DNA of 64,000 nt, taken from assembly GCA_963734275.1 (NCBI GenBank), contig CAVTGO010000013.1, positions 487,708 to 551,707 of the forward strand, in the 5' to 3' direction. Within the stretch, counting starts at the first letter, position 1. Each line of letters starts with the position of its first letter. The notes under the pieces are model-generated. The model searched no databases, was not told where the DNA came from, and saw only the letters and a list, made by a program, of their open reading frames with translations. Position numbers and translations under genes: made by a program. Shown piece by piece: positions 17,828 to 27,912 of the stretch. This DNA comes from an uncultured Actinomycetes bacterium. Its GTDB lineage: Bacteria > Actinomycetota > UBA4738 > HRBIN12.

Positions 17828-18762
17828 ATGGTCGTGCTGCTCTCAGGCGGCACCGGCGGGGCGAAGCTCGCCCGCGGACTGCTGGACCACCTCGGCCCCG
17901 ACGAGCTCGCGGTGATCGCCAACACCGGCGACGACATCGCGGCCTTCGGGCTGCACGTGCTCGCCCGACCCCGACCTGGTGACGTACTGGCTCGCGGGCG
18001 TGATCGACGAGGAGCGCGGGTTCGGGATCGCGGGCGAGTCGTTCAACACGTTCGAGCAGCTGGTGAAGCTCGGCGCCGCCGATTGGTTCAGGCTGGGCGA
18101 CCAGGACCTCGCGACCTGCCTGATGCGGACCGAGCTGCTCCACGAGGACAGGCGGCTGACCGAGATCGCGCGCGCGGTCGCGGACGGCTTCGGCGTGCCG
18201 GCGGCGGTGCTGCCGATGTGCGACGAGCCCGTCCAGACGTACGTCCGCACCGACGGCGAATGGCGCCATTTCCAGGAGTATTTGATCCTCCAGCACGCCG
18301 AGCCGCCGCTCCAGGGCGTCGAGTTCCGCGGTGCCGAACAGGCCAGTCTCACCGAGGAGGTGCAGACGGGCGATCGAGAGCGCCGAGACGATCGTGATCG
18401 GGCCGTCCAACCCGATCGCGAGCATCGGCCCGATCCTCGCCGTCCCGGGCCTGCGTGACGCACTGGTCGAAGCGGATGCGCCCGTGGTGGCCGTCAGCCC
18501 GCTGGTCGGCGGGCAGTCGCTCAAGGGCCCGACCGAGGCATTTATCGCGTGGGCGGGGCTCGAGGTCTCGGACGGCGGGATCGCCGGTCACTACGCCGGG
18601 CCTGATCGACGGGCTGGTCGTCGATCGCTCGCTCGCCCGCCGGCGCGCCGACTCTCTCCGGCGTGGTCGCGCAGCCGACCGACACGCTCATGGGCCGACG
18701 CCGAGGCGCGGGCCGGCTCGCCCGGGAAACACTGGAATTTGCGCCGTCGCTCGCCGGGCTGA
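17828..18762 (+). pseudogene. cofD: 2-phospho-L-lactate transferase (CofD/FbiA), at least 5 frame switches
   Basis: Pieces in three frames: 'MVVLLSGGTGGAKLARGL...VIANTGDD' (17828); 'PDPDLVTYWLAGVIDEERGFG...' (17979 frame); 'IVIGPSNPIASIGPILAVPGLRDAL' (18331 frame); 'LIDGLVVD' (18455 frame). Switches near 17960, 18368, 18601, 18692 and 18715. Confidence 0.8.
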
Positions 18763-18813
18763 GATCGCCCGGCGGCGCTCTGGCCGCCGTCGGGTTCGAG
18801 AGTTCCGGGCGAC

Positions 18814-19495
18814 GTGCGACCGCAGCGATTCTCCCGTCAAGCGCTTCGACAGAGGCCAAGCAGCGCCTGGGCGCGACACTCGGCGCCGGCAGCCGCGCGG
18901 CGCTCGCGGCCGCGATGTTCGCCGACGTCCTGAGCGCGCTCGAGCGTCCGCAGATGCTCCAAGCGATCGTGGTCGTCTCCGGCGAGCGCGAGGTCACCGA
19001 TATCGTCGCTGGACGCGATGTCGATCCTGATCGAGGACACTGAACGAGAAGGGCCAGTCCAACGCCGCTCGCTCGGGGCTGGCGCGCGCGGCCGCGCTCG
19101 GATTCGACCGCGCGGCGCTCGTTCCAGGCGACTGCCCGCTGCTCGAGCCCGCCGAGCTCGAGGAGCTCTTCGTGCGGGCGGCCGGCGGGGCTGACGTCGT
19201 GATCGTCCCCGACCGTCACGACACCGGCACGAACGCACTCGTCCTCGATCCGTCCGGCCCGTTCGAGCCGCAGTTCGGGCCCGGCTCCCGCCAGCGCCAC
19301 GTCGAGCAGGCGGAGCGCCGCCGCTTGAGCTGCGCGATCGAGCGGCCGCCGTCGCTCACGATCGACGTCGACACCGATGACGACCTCGTCGCGCTCGGCG
19401 TCGCGCTCGAGCAGTCGCACGGTCGCGCACCGCGGACGCGCGGCGTCCTGCGGCAGATCGAGCGCACGCGCGGCTCGCGCAACGTCGCGGCCTGA
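18814..19495 (+). pseudogene. cofC: 2-phospho-L-lactate guanylyltransferase (CofC/FbiD), frame-disrupted
   Basis: 'AAILP..AKQRLGATLG...AAAMFADVL' (frame of ORF 18663) and 'ALVPGDCPLLEPAELEELF...VVIVPDRHDTGTNALVLDP...FGPGS...DVDTDDDL' (ORF 19172..19495). At least 4 switches. Start not resolved. Confidence 0.7.
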
Positions 19496-19515
19496 ACTCG
19501 CCGCCACAGCTCAGG

Positions 19516-20272
19516 CTGGCCGCCGACCCGCTCCGGGGGTTGCCGGAGGTCCGCCCCGGCGACGACCTCGCCGCGTTGATCGTGGAGGCGGCGGAAGCCT
19601 CCGTCGCCGCCCTGCGTGGCGGCGAGGTCCTGGTGGTGGCCCAGAAGGTCGTCTCGAAGGCGGAGGGGCGCCTGCTGCGCGCTCGGCGACGTGCAACCGG
19701 ACGAACGTGCCCACGGTCTCGCCGAGCGGACTCGGCAAGGACCCGCGGCTCGTGCAGCTGATCCTCGACGAGAGCGACGAGGTGCTGCGCGTCGGCCGCG
19801 AAGTCCTGATCGTGCGCACGCACCACGGCTTCGTATGCGCGAACGCCGGCATCGATCAGTCGAACGTTCCCGGCGACGACCTCGCGTGTCTGCTGCCCGA
19901 CCGATCCGGATGGGTCGGCGCGCGCGCTTCGCAGCGCCATCCGCGAGCGGCTCGGCGTCGCGCCGGCGATGCTCGTGTCCGGACAGCTTCGGGCGCGCCT
20001 GGCGACTGGGCCAGCTCGACGTCGCGATCGGCTGCGCCGGGCTGGACCCGCTCCATGACCGGCGCGGCGAACGCGACGCCCAGGGCCGCGAGCTGAGCGC
20101 GACAGTCGACGCGGTGGCGGACGCCGCGGCCGCTGCGGCCTCGCTGGTACGTCACAAGGACGGTGGCGAGGCGGTCGTGGTCGTGCATGGCCTGGAGCGC
20201 TACGTCACGCCCGCCGACGGCCCCGGCGCCGCCGCGATCCGCCGGTCGGTCGACGAAGACCTCTTCAGATGA
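19516..20272 (+). pseudogene. cofE: F420-0:gamma-glutamyl ligase (CofE / FbiB N-terminal domain), at least 4 frame switches
   Basis: '[14 protein letters not shown]...[13 protein letters not shown]' (19540 frame), then '[15 protein letters not shown]', then '[14 protein letters not shown]...[17 protein letters not shown]', then '[19 protein letters not shown]', then '[21 protein letters not shown]...'. Switches near 19678, 19727, 19895 and 19982. Start unresolved. Confidence 0.75.
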
Positions 20273-20274
20273 GG

Positions 20275-20814
20275 CGCGCAACAACGTCTCGATCTGCTCG
20301 GCAACGGCACCGGCGGCTTCGCGGGCGGCGACCAACTCGCGGTCGGCATCGCTCCGCAGTCGAGGTCGCGGTCGGCGACTACAACGGCGACGCGCACGAC
20401 GACCTCGCGGTAGCGAACGAGGCACTCGAACGACGTCGCGATCTTGCTCGGCAACGGCACCGGCGGCTTCGGCGCGGCGACCAACTTCGCGGTCGGCGCG
20501 GGACCCGGCTCGATCGCGGTCGGCCGACTTCAACGGCGGACGAGAACGACGATCTCGCCATCGCCAGCGACTTCTGCAGACGACGTCTCGGTGCTGCTCG
20601 GCAACGGCGCCGGCGGCTTCGGCGCGGCGACCAACTTCGCGTTCGGCACCGCGCCAGGCGGAGATCGCGGCCGGCAAGTTCAACGGCGACGCCAACGATC
20701 GACCTCGCGCTCGCGAACGCCAGAGACAACAGCGTCACGATCCTGCGCGGCAACGGCGCCGGCGGCTTCGGGAAGCCACTACCAACTACGCAGCCGGCGA
20801 TCGGCGCGCTCTAG
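20275..20814 (+). repeat. about 3.6 tandem ~150-bp units encoding FG-GAP/VCBS-type repeats; frame-broken remnant without start or signal peptide
   Basis: The unit core 'gtctcg(a/g)t(c/g)ctgctcggcaacggc(a/g)ccggcggcttcg' recurs near 20283, 20429, 20579 and 20727. Consensus translation is 'DVSVLLGNGxGGFGAATNFAVG...VGDFNGD..DLAVAN', read from different frames in different units. Confidence 0.65.
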
Positions 20815-20828
20815 GGAGGAGCGCGCCG

Positions 20829-21833
20829 TCACGGCACGAGTACCGCGGTGCCCCGGACCTCGCCTGCCTTCAACCGCATGAGCGCCTCGCGCGCCTCCGC
20901 GAGCGGATAGACCTCGACCTCCGGTTGCACCGGCACTTCAGGCGCCAGCGCGAGGAAGTCGTGCCCGTCCGCGCGCGTGAGGTTGGCGACGCTGCGTACC
21001 AGCCGCTCGCCCCAGAGCAGGTCGTATTCGAAGCTCGGGATCGGCGACATGTGGATTCCGCCGCACACCACCACGCCTCCTTTGCGGACCGCTCGCAGCG
21101 CCGCCGGCACCAGCTCGCCAGCGGGCGCGAAGATGATCACGCTGTCGAGCTCGACGGGCGGCGCATCGTCTCCGCCTCCGGCCCAAACCGCGCCGAGCTC
21201 GAGCGCGAGCTGCTGCCCGGTCGCGCCTCGCGTGTACGCGTACACCTCGTGCCCGAGATGCATTGCGACCTGCGTGATCAGATACGCAGAGGAGCCGAAG
21301 CCGTAGATGCCCAGTCGCCCGGGCCGCTCCAGCCCCTTGACGGCGGCCAGCCGCAGGGCCCGGAAGCCGATCAACCCTGCGCACAGAAGCGGCGCGGCTT
21401 GGAGGTCCGGATAGCGGGCCGGGATCGGCAGCACGAAATCCGCTCGCGCGGTCGTGTACTCGGCGTAGCCGCCGTCACGCTGATAGCCCGTGAAGGTGGG
21501 CGCGTCGCACAGGTTCTCCTGTCCCGTCCGGCAGTAGGGGCAGGTGCCGTCCGTCCCTCCGAGCCACGGCACGCCGACGCGATCGCCGATCGCCACGCCG
21601 GTCGTGCCGTCGCCGAGCGTCTCCACCCTGCCGACGATTTGATGCCCCAGGATCAAGGGCAGCTTCGGATCGGGCAGCTCACCTTCGATCACGTGCAGGT
21701 CCGTGCGGCAGACCGCGTTGGCGAGCACCTTCAACTGAACCTCGCCCGGGCCTGGCTGGGGCGTCTCGACCTCGCGCAGCTCGAGGCCGGCCTCCGCGAT
21801 CGGCGCCGGACGCGTCAGGACGAGCGCGCGCAT
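20829..21833 (-). CDS. zinc-dependent alcohol dehydrogenase family protein
   Basis: ATG 21833 lies in ORF 20829..23036. 'VLANAVCRTDLHVIEGE...LILGHQIVGRV' and 'GTCPYCRTGQENLC' are the catalytic and structural zinc motifs. Confidence 0.85.
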   Translation of the reverse strand: MRALVLTRPAPIAEAGLELREVETPQPGPGEVQLKVLANAVCRTDLHVIEGELPDPKLPLILGHQIVGRVETLGDGTTGVAIGDRVGVPWLGGTDGTCPYCRTGQENLCDAPTFTGYQRDGGYAEYTTARADFVLPIPARYPDLQAAPLLCAGLIGFRALRLAAVKGLERPGRLGIYGFGSSAYLITQVAMHLGHEVYAYTRGATGQQLALELGAVWAGGGDDAPPVELDSVIIFAPAGELVPAALRAVRKGGVVVCGGIHMSPIPSFEYDLLWGERLVRSVANLTRADGHDFLALAPEVPVQPEVEVYPLAEAREALMRLKAGEVRGTAVLVP

Positions 21834-21841
21834 TACGGTCC

Positions 21842-24046
21842 TCAGTACCGCTCGAGGATCTTGTAGAGCGTGTCTCTCTGGGCCGGCTGCCGGCCCGCCG
21901 CTCGCGCGGCACCGATCAGCTCGTCCGGATCGAGCCTGACGCCGTGGTAGGAGCCGGCCATGCGCGAGATCGACTCCTCCATCAGCGTCCCACCGAGGTC
22001 GTTCACGCCCCAGCGCAGCGCCTCGGTGGCCGCCTCGATTCCCATCTTCACCCAGCTCGCCTGGAGGTTCCTGACGCTCTCGCCGAGGGCGAGGCGGAAG
22101 ACCGCCGTGTGCTTCAGGTTGTCCTCGCGCGAGATCTCCTCGATCCCGTGCGTTCGCCCGAGCAGGGTGTGGAACGGGATGAAGCTCAGCGGCACGAACT
22201 CGGTGAACCCTCCGGTCCGCTCCTGGAGCTCCCGCACGACGTGCATGTGCTCGGCGAGCTCCCAAGGCTCCTCGATGTGACCGAACATGACTGTGACGGT
22301 CGATCGCAGCCCGACGCGATGCGAGGCTTCGATGATCTCGACCCAGCGGCCGACCGGGAGCTTGTTCGGGGAGATCCGCTGTCGCACCCCGTCGTGCAGC
22401 ACCTCGGCCGCGGTGCCCGGCGTCGACCCGAGCCCGCACTCGATCAGGTACTCGAACACCTCGTGGGGCGGGCGGCCCGAGCGCTCCGACATGAAGTGGA
22501 CCTCCATCGGCGAGTAGGCGTGGAGGTGCACCTGCGGCGCCACCTCCTTCACCACCTGCAGCCAGCGCCCATAGTCCTCGAGCGTGTACTCCGGATGGAT
22601 CCCGCCCTGCATGCAGATCTCGGTAACGCCGTAGTCGATCGCCTCCTGGACCTTCGCGACGAAGTCCCGCTCGGCGACCTCGTAGGCGTCGGGCGATCGC
22701 TTCCCCTGGCCGAAGCCGCAGAACGCGCAGCCGACCTGGCAGATGTTCGTGAAGTTGATGTTCCGGTTGACCACGAACGTGACGGTGTCGCCCGCAAGCC
22801 GGACGCGCAGCTCGTCCGCCGCGGCGCGCATGTCCTCGATCACCTGCGGGCGGCGCTCCGCGAAGAGCGCGGTCAGCTCCTCCTTGGTGAGGCGCTGGTT
22901 GTCGCGCGCCTTTTCGATCGCGGCGGGGGCGAGGTCGGAGCGGATCGGTGTCTCCTGCCGGCGCCCGGACCCCCGCCTCGGAATGAACGACCAGAACTTG
23001 AGCTTGATCACGTCGAGGACGCCTTGGGCCGTCCACTCGGGGTCGATGTACTGGGGATAGACACAGAGCCGCTCGGTGAGCGCGTAGCCCTCGGGCGCGA
23101 GGCGCTTGCGCACCTGGTGCGGGCTCGGGAACGGCTCCTCGGGCGAGATGTGGTCACCATTCGCCGACAGGCCGCCCAGGTCGGTGGCACCGCTCTGCAC
23201 CAGCTCCAGCCACCAGTCGGAGAGGTTTGGCGGCACCTGGACGCCGACGTCGGGCATCAGGCGCCGGCATTCGCCGATCAGCCGCTTCATGTCGTCGACG
23301 GTCACGGGCGTTGCCCAGTCCGGCAGTGATCCGGCGCCCGTCACGACCGCTTCGCCGTCCTCCTCCCACCGCCGGCTGGCAGAGGCCGCCGCGATGTCCG
23401 CCACCTCCTGTCCGTGGTAGCGCGGATGCGGGACGAAGTTCTGGAGGATCACCTCCTGCAGGTGCCCGTGCCGGGCGTGGACGGCGGCGAGCGCCTCGAG
23501 TGACGCGACGCGCTCTTCTTCCGTCTCGCCGATCCCGACCAGGATCCCGCTCGTGAACGGGATATTGAGCTCGCCCGCGGCCTCGATCGTCGCCAGCCGC
23601 GCGGCGGGGTGCTTGGTGGGGGAGCCGGCGTGGACGGTCTCCATGAGGCGCTCGGAGATCGACTCCAGCATCAGGCCCATGGACGCGTTCACCTCGCGCA
23701 GCCGCGACAGCTCATCGCGGTCCAGCACGCCCAGATTCGAATGGGGGAGCATCCCGCGCTCGAGCGCACGCTCGCATGCCCACACCACGTACGCCGTGAA
23801 GTCTTCGTGGCCGAGCGCCGCCAGGCGCGCCGCCACCTCGGGGTGCACCTCGGGCTTCTCGCCGGTCAGCACCAGCAACTCCTTGCAGCCACGCCGCGCG
23901 GCATCGTCGAGCAGCCGCTCGACGTCCTCAGGCGGATGGAGATGGGCCTGATGGGTCGCAAACGCGCAGTACTTGCAGTAGCACTGGCAAGTCCGCGACA
24001 GCGAGAGTGTGTAGTTCCGGGAGAAGGTGACCCGTCTCAAGGCCAA
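21842..24046 (-). CDS. fbiC: FO synthase (fused CofG/CofH), intact
   Basis: Long ORF 21842..24439 with two radical-SAM motifs ('CQCYCKYCAF' and 'CQVGCAFCGF'). Start trimmed to TTG 24046 or 24040 because further upstream would overlap ppa. Confidence 0.9.
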   Translation of the reverse strand: MALRRVTFSRNYTLSLSRTCQCYCKYCAFATHQAHLHPPEDVERLLDDAARRGCKELLVLTGEKPEVHPEVAARLAALGHEDFTAYVVWACERALERGMLPHSNLGVLDRDELSRLREVNASMGLMLESISERLMETVHAGSPTKHPAARLATIEAAGELNIPFTSGILVGIGETEEERVASLEALAAVHARHGHLQEVILQNFVPHPRYHGQEVADIAAASASRRWEEDGEAVVTGAGSLPDWATPVTVDDMKRLIGECRRLMPDVGVQVPPNLSDWWLELVQSGATDLGGLSANGDHISPEEPFPSPHQVRKRLAPEGYALTERLCVYPQYIDPEWTAQGVLDVIKLKFWSFIPRRGSGRRQETPIRSDLAPAAIEKARDNQRLTKEELTALFAERRPQVIEDMRAAADELRVRLAGDTVTFVVNRNINFTNICQVGCAFCGFGQGKRSPDAYEVAERDFVAKVQEAIDYGVTEICMQGGIHPEYTLEDYGRWLQVVKEVAPQVHLHAYSPMEVHFMSERSGRPPHEVFEYLIECGLGSTPGTAAEVLHDGVRQRISPNKLPVGRWVEIIEASHRVGLRSTVTVMFGHIEEPWELAEHMHVVRELQERTGGFTEFVPLSFIPFHTLLGRTHGIEEISREDNLKHTAVFRLALGESVRNLQASWVKMGIEAATEALRWGVNDLGGTLMEESISRMAGSYHGVRLDPDELIGAARAAGRQPAQRDTLYKILERY

Positions 24047-24094
24047 TCCGTGCTGGGGGAGCGGGAATTCTAAAGGAGGGGTAGGCTCGGCTCG

Positions 24095-24592
24095 ATGAGC
24101 GGCGGTGTGCACGTCTTCGTCGAGATCCCAAAAGGGAGCCGCAACAAGTACGAGTTCGATCCCGACCTGGGCGCGATCAGGCTCGATCGCTTCCTGTTCT
24201 CGTCGGTGGTGTATCCGACCGACTACGGCTTCATCCCAGACACGCTGGCAGGCGACGGGGACCCGCTCGACGCTGTCGTGTGCGTCTCCGAGCCGACCTT
24301 TCCCGGCTGCTTGATTCCAGTCGAGGTCATCGGAGTTCTCGAGATGCGCGACGAGAAGGGTGAGGACGAGAAGATCCTCTGCGTCCCGCGACACGATCCG
24401 AACTGGAGCGACGTCAGCCGGCTGGATGACCTGCCTCATCAGCTACGCGATGAGATCGCCAACTTCTTCTCGATCTACAAGCAGCTCGAGTTGAAGGACG
24501 TCGAGGTGGTCGGCTGGCATCCGCGCGAGGCGGCTTACGCAGCGATCGATCGCGCCCGCGCCCGGTGGCGGGACCAGCCCCAGGAGAGCTGA
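24095..24592 (+). CDS. ppa: inorganic pyrophosphatase
   Basis: ORF 24095..24592. 'VFVEIPKGSRNKYEFD...YPTDYGFIPDTLAGDGDPLDAVV' is the family I PPase signature. Confidence 0.95.
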   Translation: MSGGVHVFVEIPKGSRNKYEFDPDLGAIRLDRFLFSSVVYPTDYGFIPDTLAGDGDPLDAVVCVSEPTFPGCLIPVEVIGVLEMRDEKGEDEKILCVPRHDPNWSDVSRLDDLPHQLRDEIANFFSIYKQLELKDVEVVGWHPREAAYAAIDRARARWRDQPQES

Positions 24593-24602
24593 GCGGCTCG
24601 CC

Positions 24603-25361
24603 CTATCGCGGCGGGTTGACGTCCTGGCGCAGCCCCTTCGGCCCCGCCTCGGGCTCGGCCGCGCGGACCCCGGGTCCCTCCACGAAGAGGTACCAGTAGA
24701 GCACCGCGGCCAGCACGCCGCCGCCCAGGGGGCCGACGATGTAGAGCCAGAAGTCGTCCCACTGCGAGCCGACCAGCGCCGGCCCGAACCAGCGCGCGGG
24801 ATTGACGGCGCCGCCGGTCAGCGGTCCGATGATCATGACCTGCAGACCGAGCACGCCGCCGATTGCGAGACCGGCCCAGTCGCGCGCCGCGCGGGGATTG
24901 ACCGCGACCGCGACGACCGTCCAGACGAGCAGGAAGGTTCCGATTCCCTCCGCCACCATGCCGGCGGCCGTGGTCCCGAGCAGGCTGTGGTTCAGCGCCG
25001 GGGCGCCGACGTTCTGCTGGTCGGCGAGCTGGTCGATCAGCAGGTACTTGGTCAGCAGCGCGCCTGCCACGGCCCCCGCGAGCTGCAGCAGGACGTAGAC
25101 CACCGCGTCGTTCGGCCGGATCTTGCGCAGCACGGCCAGCGACAGCGTCACGGCAGGGTTCAGGTGGGCGCCCGAAATACTGCCGATCGTCTGCACCAGT
25201 ACGAAGAGCACGAGGAAGTGGACCAGGCCGACCACGACCCAATCGGATCCGGTGCCCTGGGAGTTGACGAACAGCGTCACCGAGAGCGTGATTGCGAACA
25301 CGAGCACGAAAGTGCCTAGGAACTCGGCTATGTATGCAGCGGGCGATCGCTGCTCTATCAC
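24603..25361 (-). CDS. MIP/aquaporin family channel
   Basis: ORF 24603..25361. Two NPA boxes ('GAHLNPAVT','GAVNPARW') and six hydrophobic segments. Confidence 0.9.
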   Translation of the reverse strand: MIEQRSPAAYIAEFLGTFVLVFAITLSVTLFVNSQGTGSDWVVVGLVHFLVLFVLVQTIGSISGAHLNPAVTLSLAVLRKIRPNDAVVYVLLQLAGAVAGALLTKYLLIDQLADQQNVGAPALNHSLLGTTAAGMVAEGIGTFLLVWTVVAVAVNPRAARDWAGLAIGGVLGLQVMIIGPLTGGAVNPARWFGPALVGSQWDDFWLYIVGPLGGGVLAAVLYWYLFVEGPGVRAAEPEAGPKGLRQDVNPPR

Positions 25362-25449
25362 CTGATACCTCCTGTCACTGGGGCTGGAGCGCGGGCCAGT
25401 CTACACGCGCCGCCGGAGAAAAAGCCGTCTCCCGGGGCTCGGGGCACCT

Positions 25450-25815
25450 CTATTGCGCTCTGCGCTTGGAGAACTCCTCGCGGACGCTCTTCGGTCGGCC
25501 CCACGTGGGCACGAACTCGACCCGGCCCTCACGGACGTCGTGGATGGACAGCTCGCCCGTGAATCCGGACCTGTCGAGCTGCGCCAGCACGCCGTGCACC
25601 GTCCGCCAGGAGGTCGCGTGCCCGAAGCTGTGCGCGACCAGGATGCGCCAATGCCAGGCGGCGCGCGAATAGGGCTGCACGTTCGCCTGGGCGAGGATCA
25701 CGGCGGCCTCGACATAGCGCTCCTCGTCGTCGATCCGCAGCTCCACCTGGAGATCCGTCCAGTCGCCGGGAAGCTCGTCGACGAACTGCTCGAAGCGCTC
25801 TGCCAGGGAAGTCAC
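25450..25815 (-). CDS. hypothetical protein
   Basis: ORF 25450..25815 has a clean frame and good third-position GC. No family recognised. Confidence 0.55.
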   Translation of the reverse strand: MTSLAERFEQFVDELPGDWTDLQVELRIDDEERYVEAAVILAQANVQPYSRAAWHWRILVAHSFGHATSWRTVHGVLAQLDRSGFTGELSIHDVREGRVEFVPTWGRPKSVREEFSKRRAQ

Positions 25816-25850
25816 ATGCGAAGCCTATTTCAGACGCTTCTAGAATCGCC

Positions 25851-26816
25851 GTGATGGCCACGCGAGCGCTCCCCGAGATCGACGCCCAGTACCGCGAGCT
25901 CCGCGAGGGCGCCGGCCTGCTCGACCGTTCCGAGCGCGCGAGCCTCGAAGTCAAGGGGCCGGACGCGGCGGAGTTCCTCCAGGGGCAGGTCACCAACGAC
26001 GTGCAGGCGCTGGAGCCACACAGTGGCTGCTACGCCGCGATGCTGAACCCGAAGGGCCGCATCCTGGCCGACATGCGCATCCTGCGGGTGGCCCCGGAGC
26101 GATTCCTTCTCGATACCGAGTCCAGCGCCCGGGAGGCGGTGCTGCGTGACCTTCGCATGTACAAGATCGGGCGGCAGGTGGAGGTCGCCGACACGCCCGA
26201 TCGCTCGATCGTCTCCGTGATCGGGCCGCGAACCGACGAGGTGGTCGAAGCGGCATTCGGCATTCGCCTCCCCGGCTCGGAGCACACGCTCGAGGAGATC
26301 CTCGGTGGCGCGGTCGCGGTCCGCACGGATCTGGGGGTCGACCTTGTGGTCGACGGCGATCAGCGCGCCCGGCGCACGCGAGCGGCTGCTCGCCGCCGGT
26401 GCATTTCCGATCTCCCTCGAGGCGGCCGAGATCGTGCGAGTCGAGAGCGGTCGTCCGCGGCACGGGCTGGACATGAGCGAGGAGAACCTCCCGGCCGAGG
26501 CCGGCATCGTCGAGCGCTCCGTGAGCTTCACCAAGGGCTGCTACGTCGGCCAGGAGCCTGTCGCCCGCATGCACTACAAGGGCCATCCGAACCGCCACCT
26601 GCGCGGCCTGCGGCTCTCGGAGGCGGCCGCTCCCGGTGCGGCGCTGGTCGCGGAGGGTAAAGACGTGGGACGGGTGACCTCAGCCGGCTCTCCCCCGCGC
26701 TCGGGCCGATCGCGCTCGCACTCGTGAGACGCGAGGTGGCCCCCGGAGACGCGGTTTCGGTGGCCGAGGACGACCTCACGGCGACCGTCGTCGAGCTTCC
26801 TTTCGGTATTTCCTGA
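25851..26816 (+). pseudogene. ygfZ: YgfZ / aminomethyltransferase-like folate-binding protein, two frame switches
   Basis: ORF 25851.. ('YRELREGAGLLDRSERASLEVKGPDAAEFLQGQVTNDV'), then the frame of ORF 26305.. ('EAAEIVRVESGRPRHG...SFTKGCYVGQEPVARMHYKG'), then a third frame ('LSPALGPIALALVRREV...VVELPF', stop 26814-26816). Switches near 26355 and 26685. Confidence 0.75.
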
Positions 26817-26906
26817 AACCCGTTCGTCAAGGACCTACGGCTCTGCAAGAATGCAGCGCGGCGTCGGCCCCGCCCCCTGCTTTCCGGCGCCCGGAGGAGC
26901 GATTTC

Positions 26907-27912
26907 TTGGAGGCTCGCAGAGCTACGCAGACCGAGCGCCGCCGCTTTCTGAGCACCGGTAGCCCCCTGCTCGGCGGCCCGCTTCCGGCGGAGGCCGGTG
27001 CGGAGGACGCACCGGTCGCGACCGCGACGTACGAGCCCGACGCCGACGTCTACCGGATTCCGGCCGAGGAGCCGCCGGCCGTTCCGCTGCGCGACCTCGA
27101 GTCACTGGTGCCCGAGCCCGACTCGGCCCGTCAGGTCGACGACTGGGGTCGCTCCGAGCGCATCTACCACTTGATGGAGCCGGTGCTGAACTTCTATTAC
27201 CGGTACTGGTTCAGGGTCGAGGTCCAGGGCGTCGAGCGGGTCCCCGCGAACAGCGGGGCGCTGCTGGCCTCGAACCATTCCGGCGCGCTGCCGCCGGATG
27301 CACCGATGATCATGCAGGCGATCCGCAACGAGCACTCGAGCCCGCGGCCGCTCTACATGCTCGGCGAGCACTGGTTCAAGGGCTACCCCGGAGTGGGGCT
27401 GTTCACCAACAAGATCGGCCTCGTGTCAGCGCATCCCGCCAACGCCCACCGGCTGCTGCACGACGAGCGGAAGCTGGTGCTCGTCTTCCCGGAGGGCCAG
27501 AAGGGCACCCGCAAGCTGTTCTGGCAGCGCTACAAGCTCCGCCGGTTCGGCCGCGGCGGCTTCGTGAAGACCGCGATCCGAGCCGGGGTGCCGATCGTCC
27601 CCGTGGCGGTGATCGGTGCGGAGGAGGCGATGCCGATCTTCGCGCACGTGCCGCTGCTGCAGCGGCTCACCGGGCTGATCTATTTCCCCATCAATCACGC
27701 CTTCCCGCACTTCGGGCTGCTGGCAGCCGGCATGTACATGCCGGCGAAGTTCAGGATCCGGTTCCTCGAGCCGGTCCGACTTCGACCGCTTCGGACCCGA
27801 TGCCGCCGACGACGTCGCGTTCGTGCAGCAGGTCGCGGACGACATCCGCGCGCGTATCCAGATCGCGCTGAACGAAATGCTGCGCGAGCGCAACTCGGTC
27901 TGGTTCGGCTGA
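26907..27912 (+). pseudogene. lysophospholipid acyltransferase (PlsC family), frame switch near 27775
   Basis: ORF 26907.. ('LASNHSGALPPD','VFPEGQKGT','VPIVPVAVIGAEE'). The C-terminus continues in another frame ('FDRFGPDAADDVAFVQQVADDIRARIQIALNEMLRERNSVWFG', stop 27910-27912). The TTG start is uncertain. Confidence 0.7.

Noticed and set aside
18663-19043. A CofD-CofC fusion protein, because one frame stays open from late cofD into cofC.
   Set aside because: That frame is only one of several needed to read either gene. With this many indels, open-frame continuity is uninformative. A TGA at 18760-18762 in the alternative cofD frame fits a normal separate cofD end.
17600-20300. Programmed ribosomal frameshifting as the explanation for the split F420 genes.
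   Set aside because: There are too many switches per gene and in both directions. I saw no slippery heptamers or downstream structures at the sites, and the conserved motifs themselves are scrambled.
20275-20814. Possible CRISPR array, suggested by the regular repeats.
   Set aside because: The period is ~150 bp with continuous protein-like similarity across whole units, not 25-40 bp repeats separated by unique spacers. There are no cas genes. The repeats encode FG-GAP/VCBS motifs.
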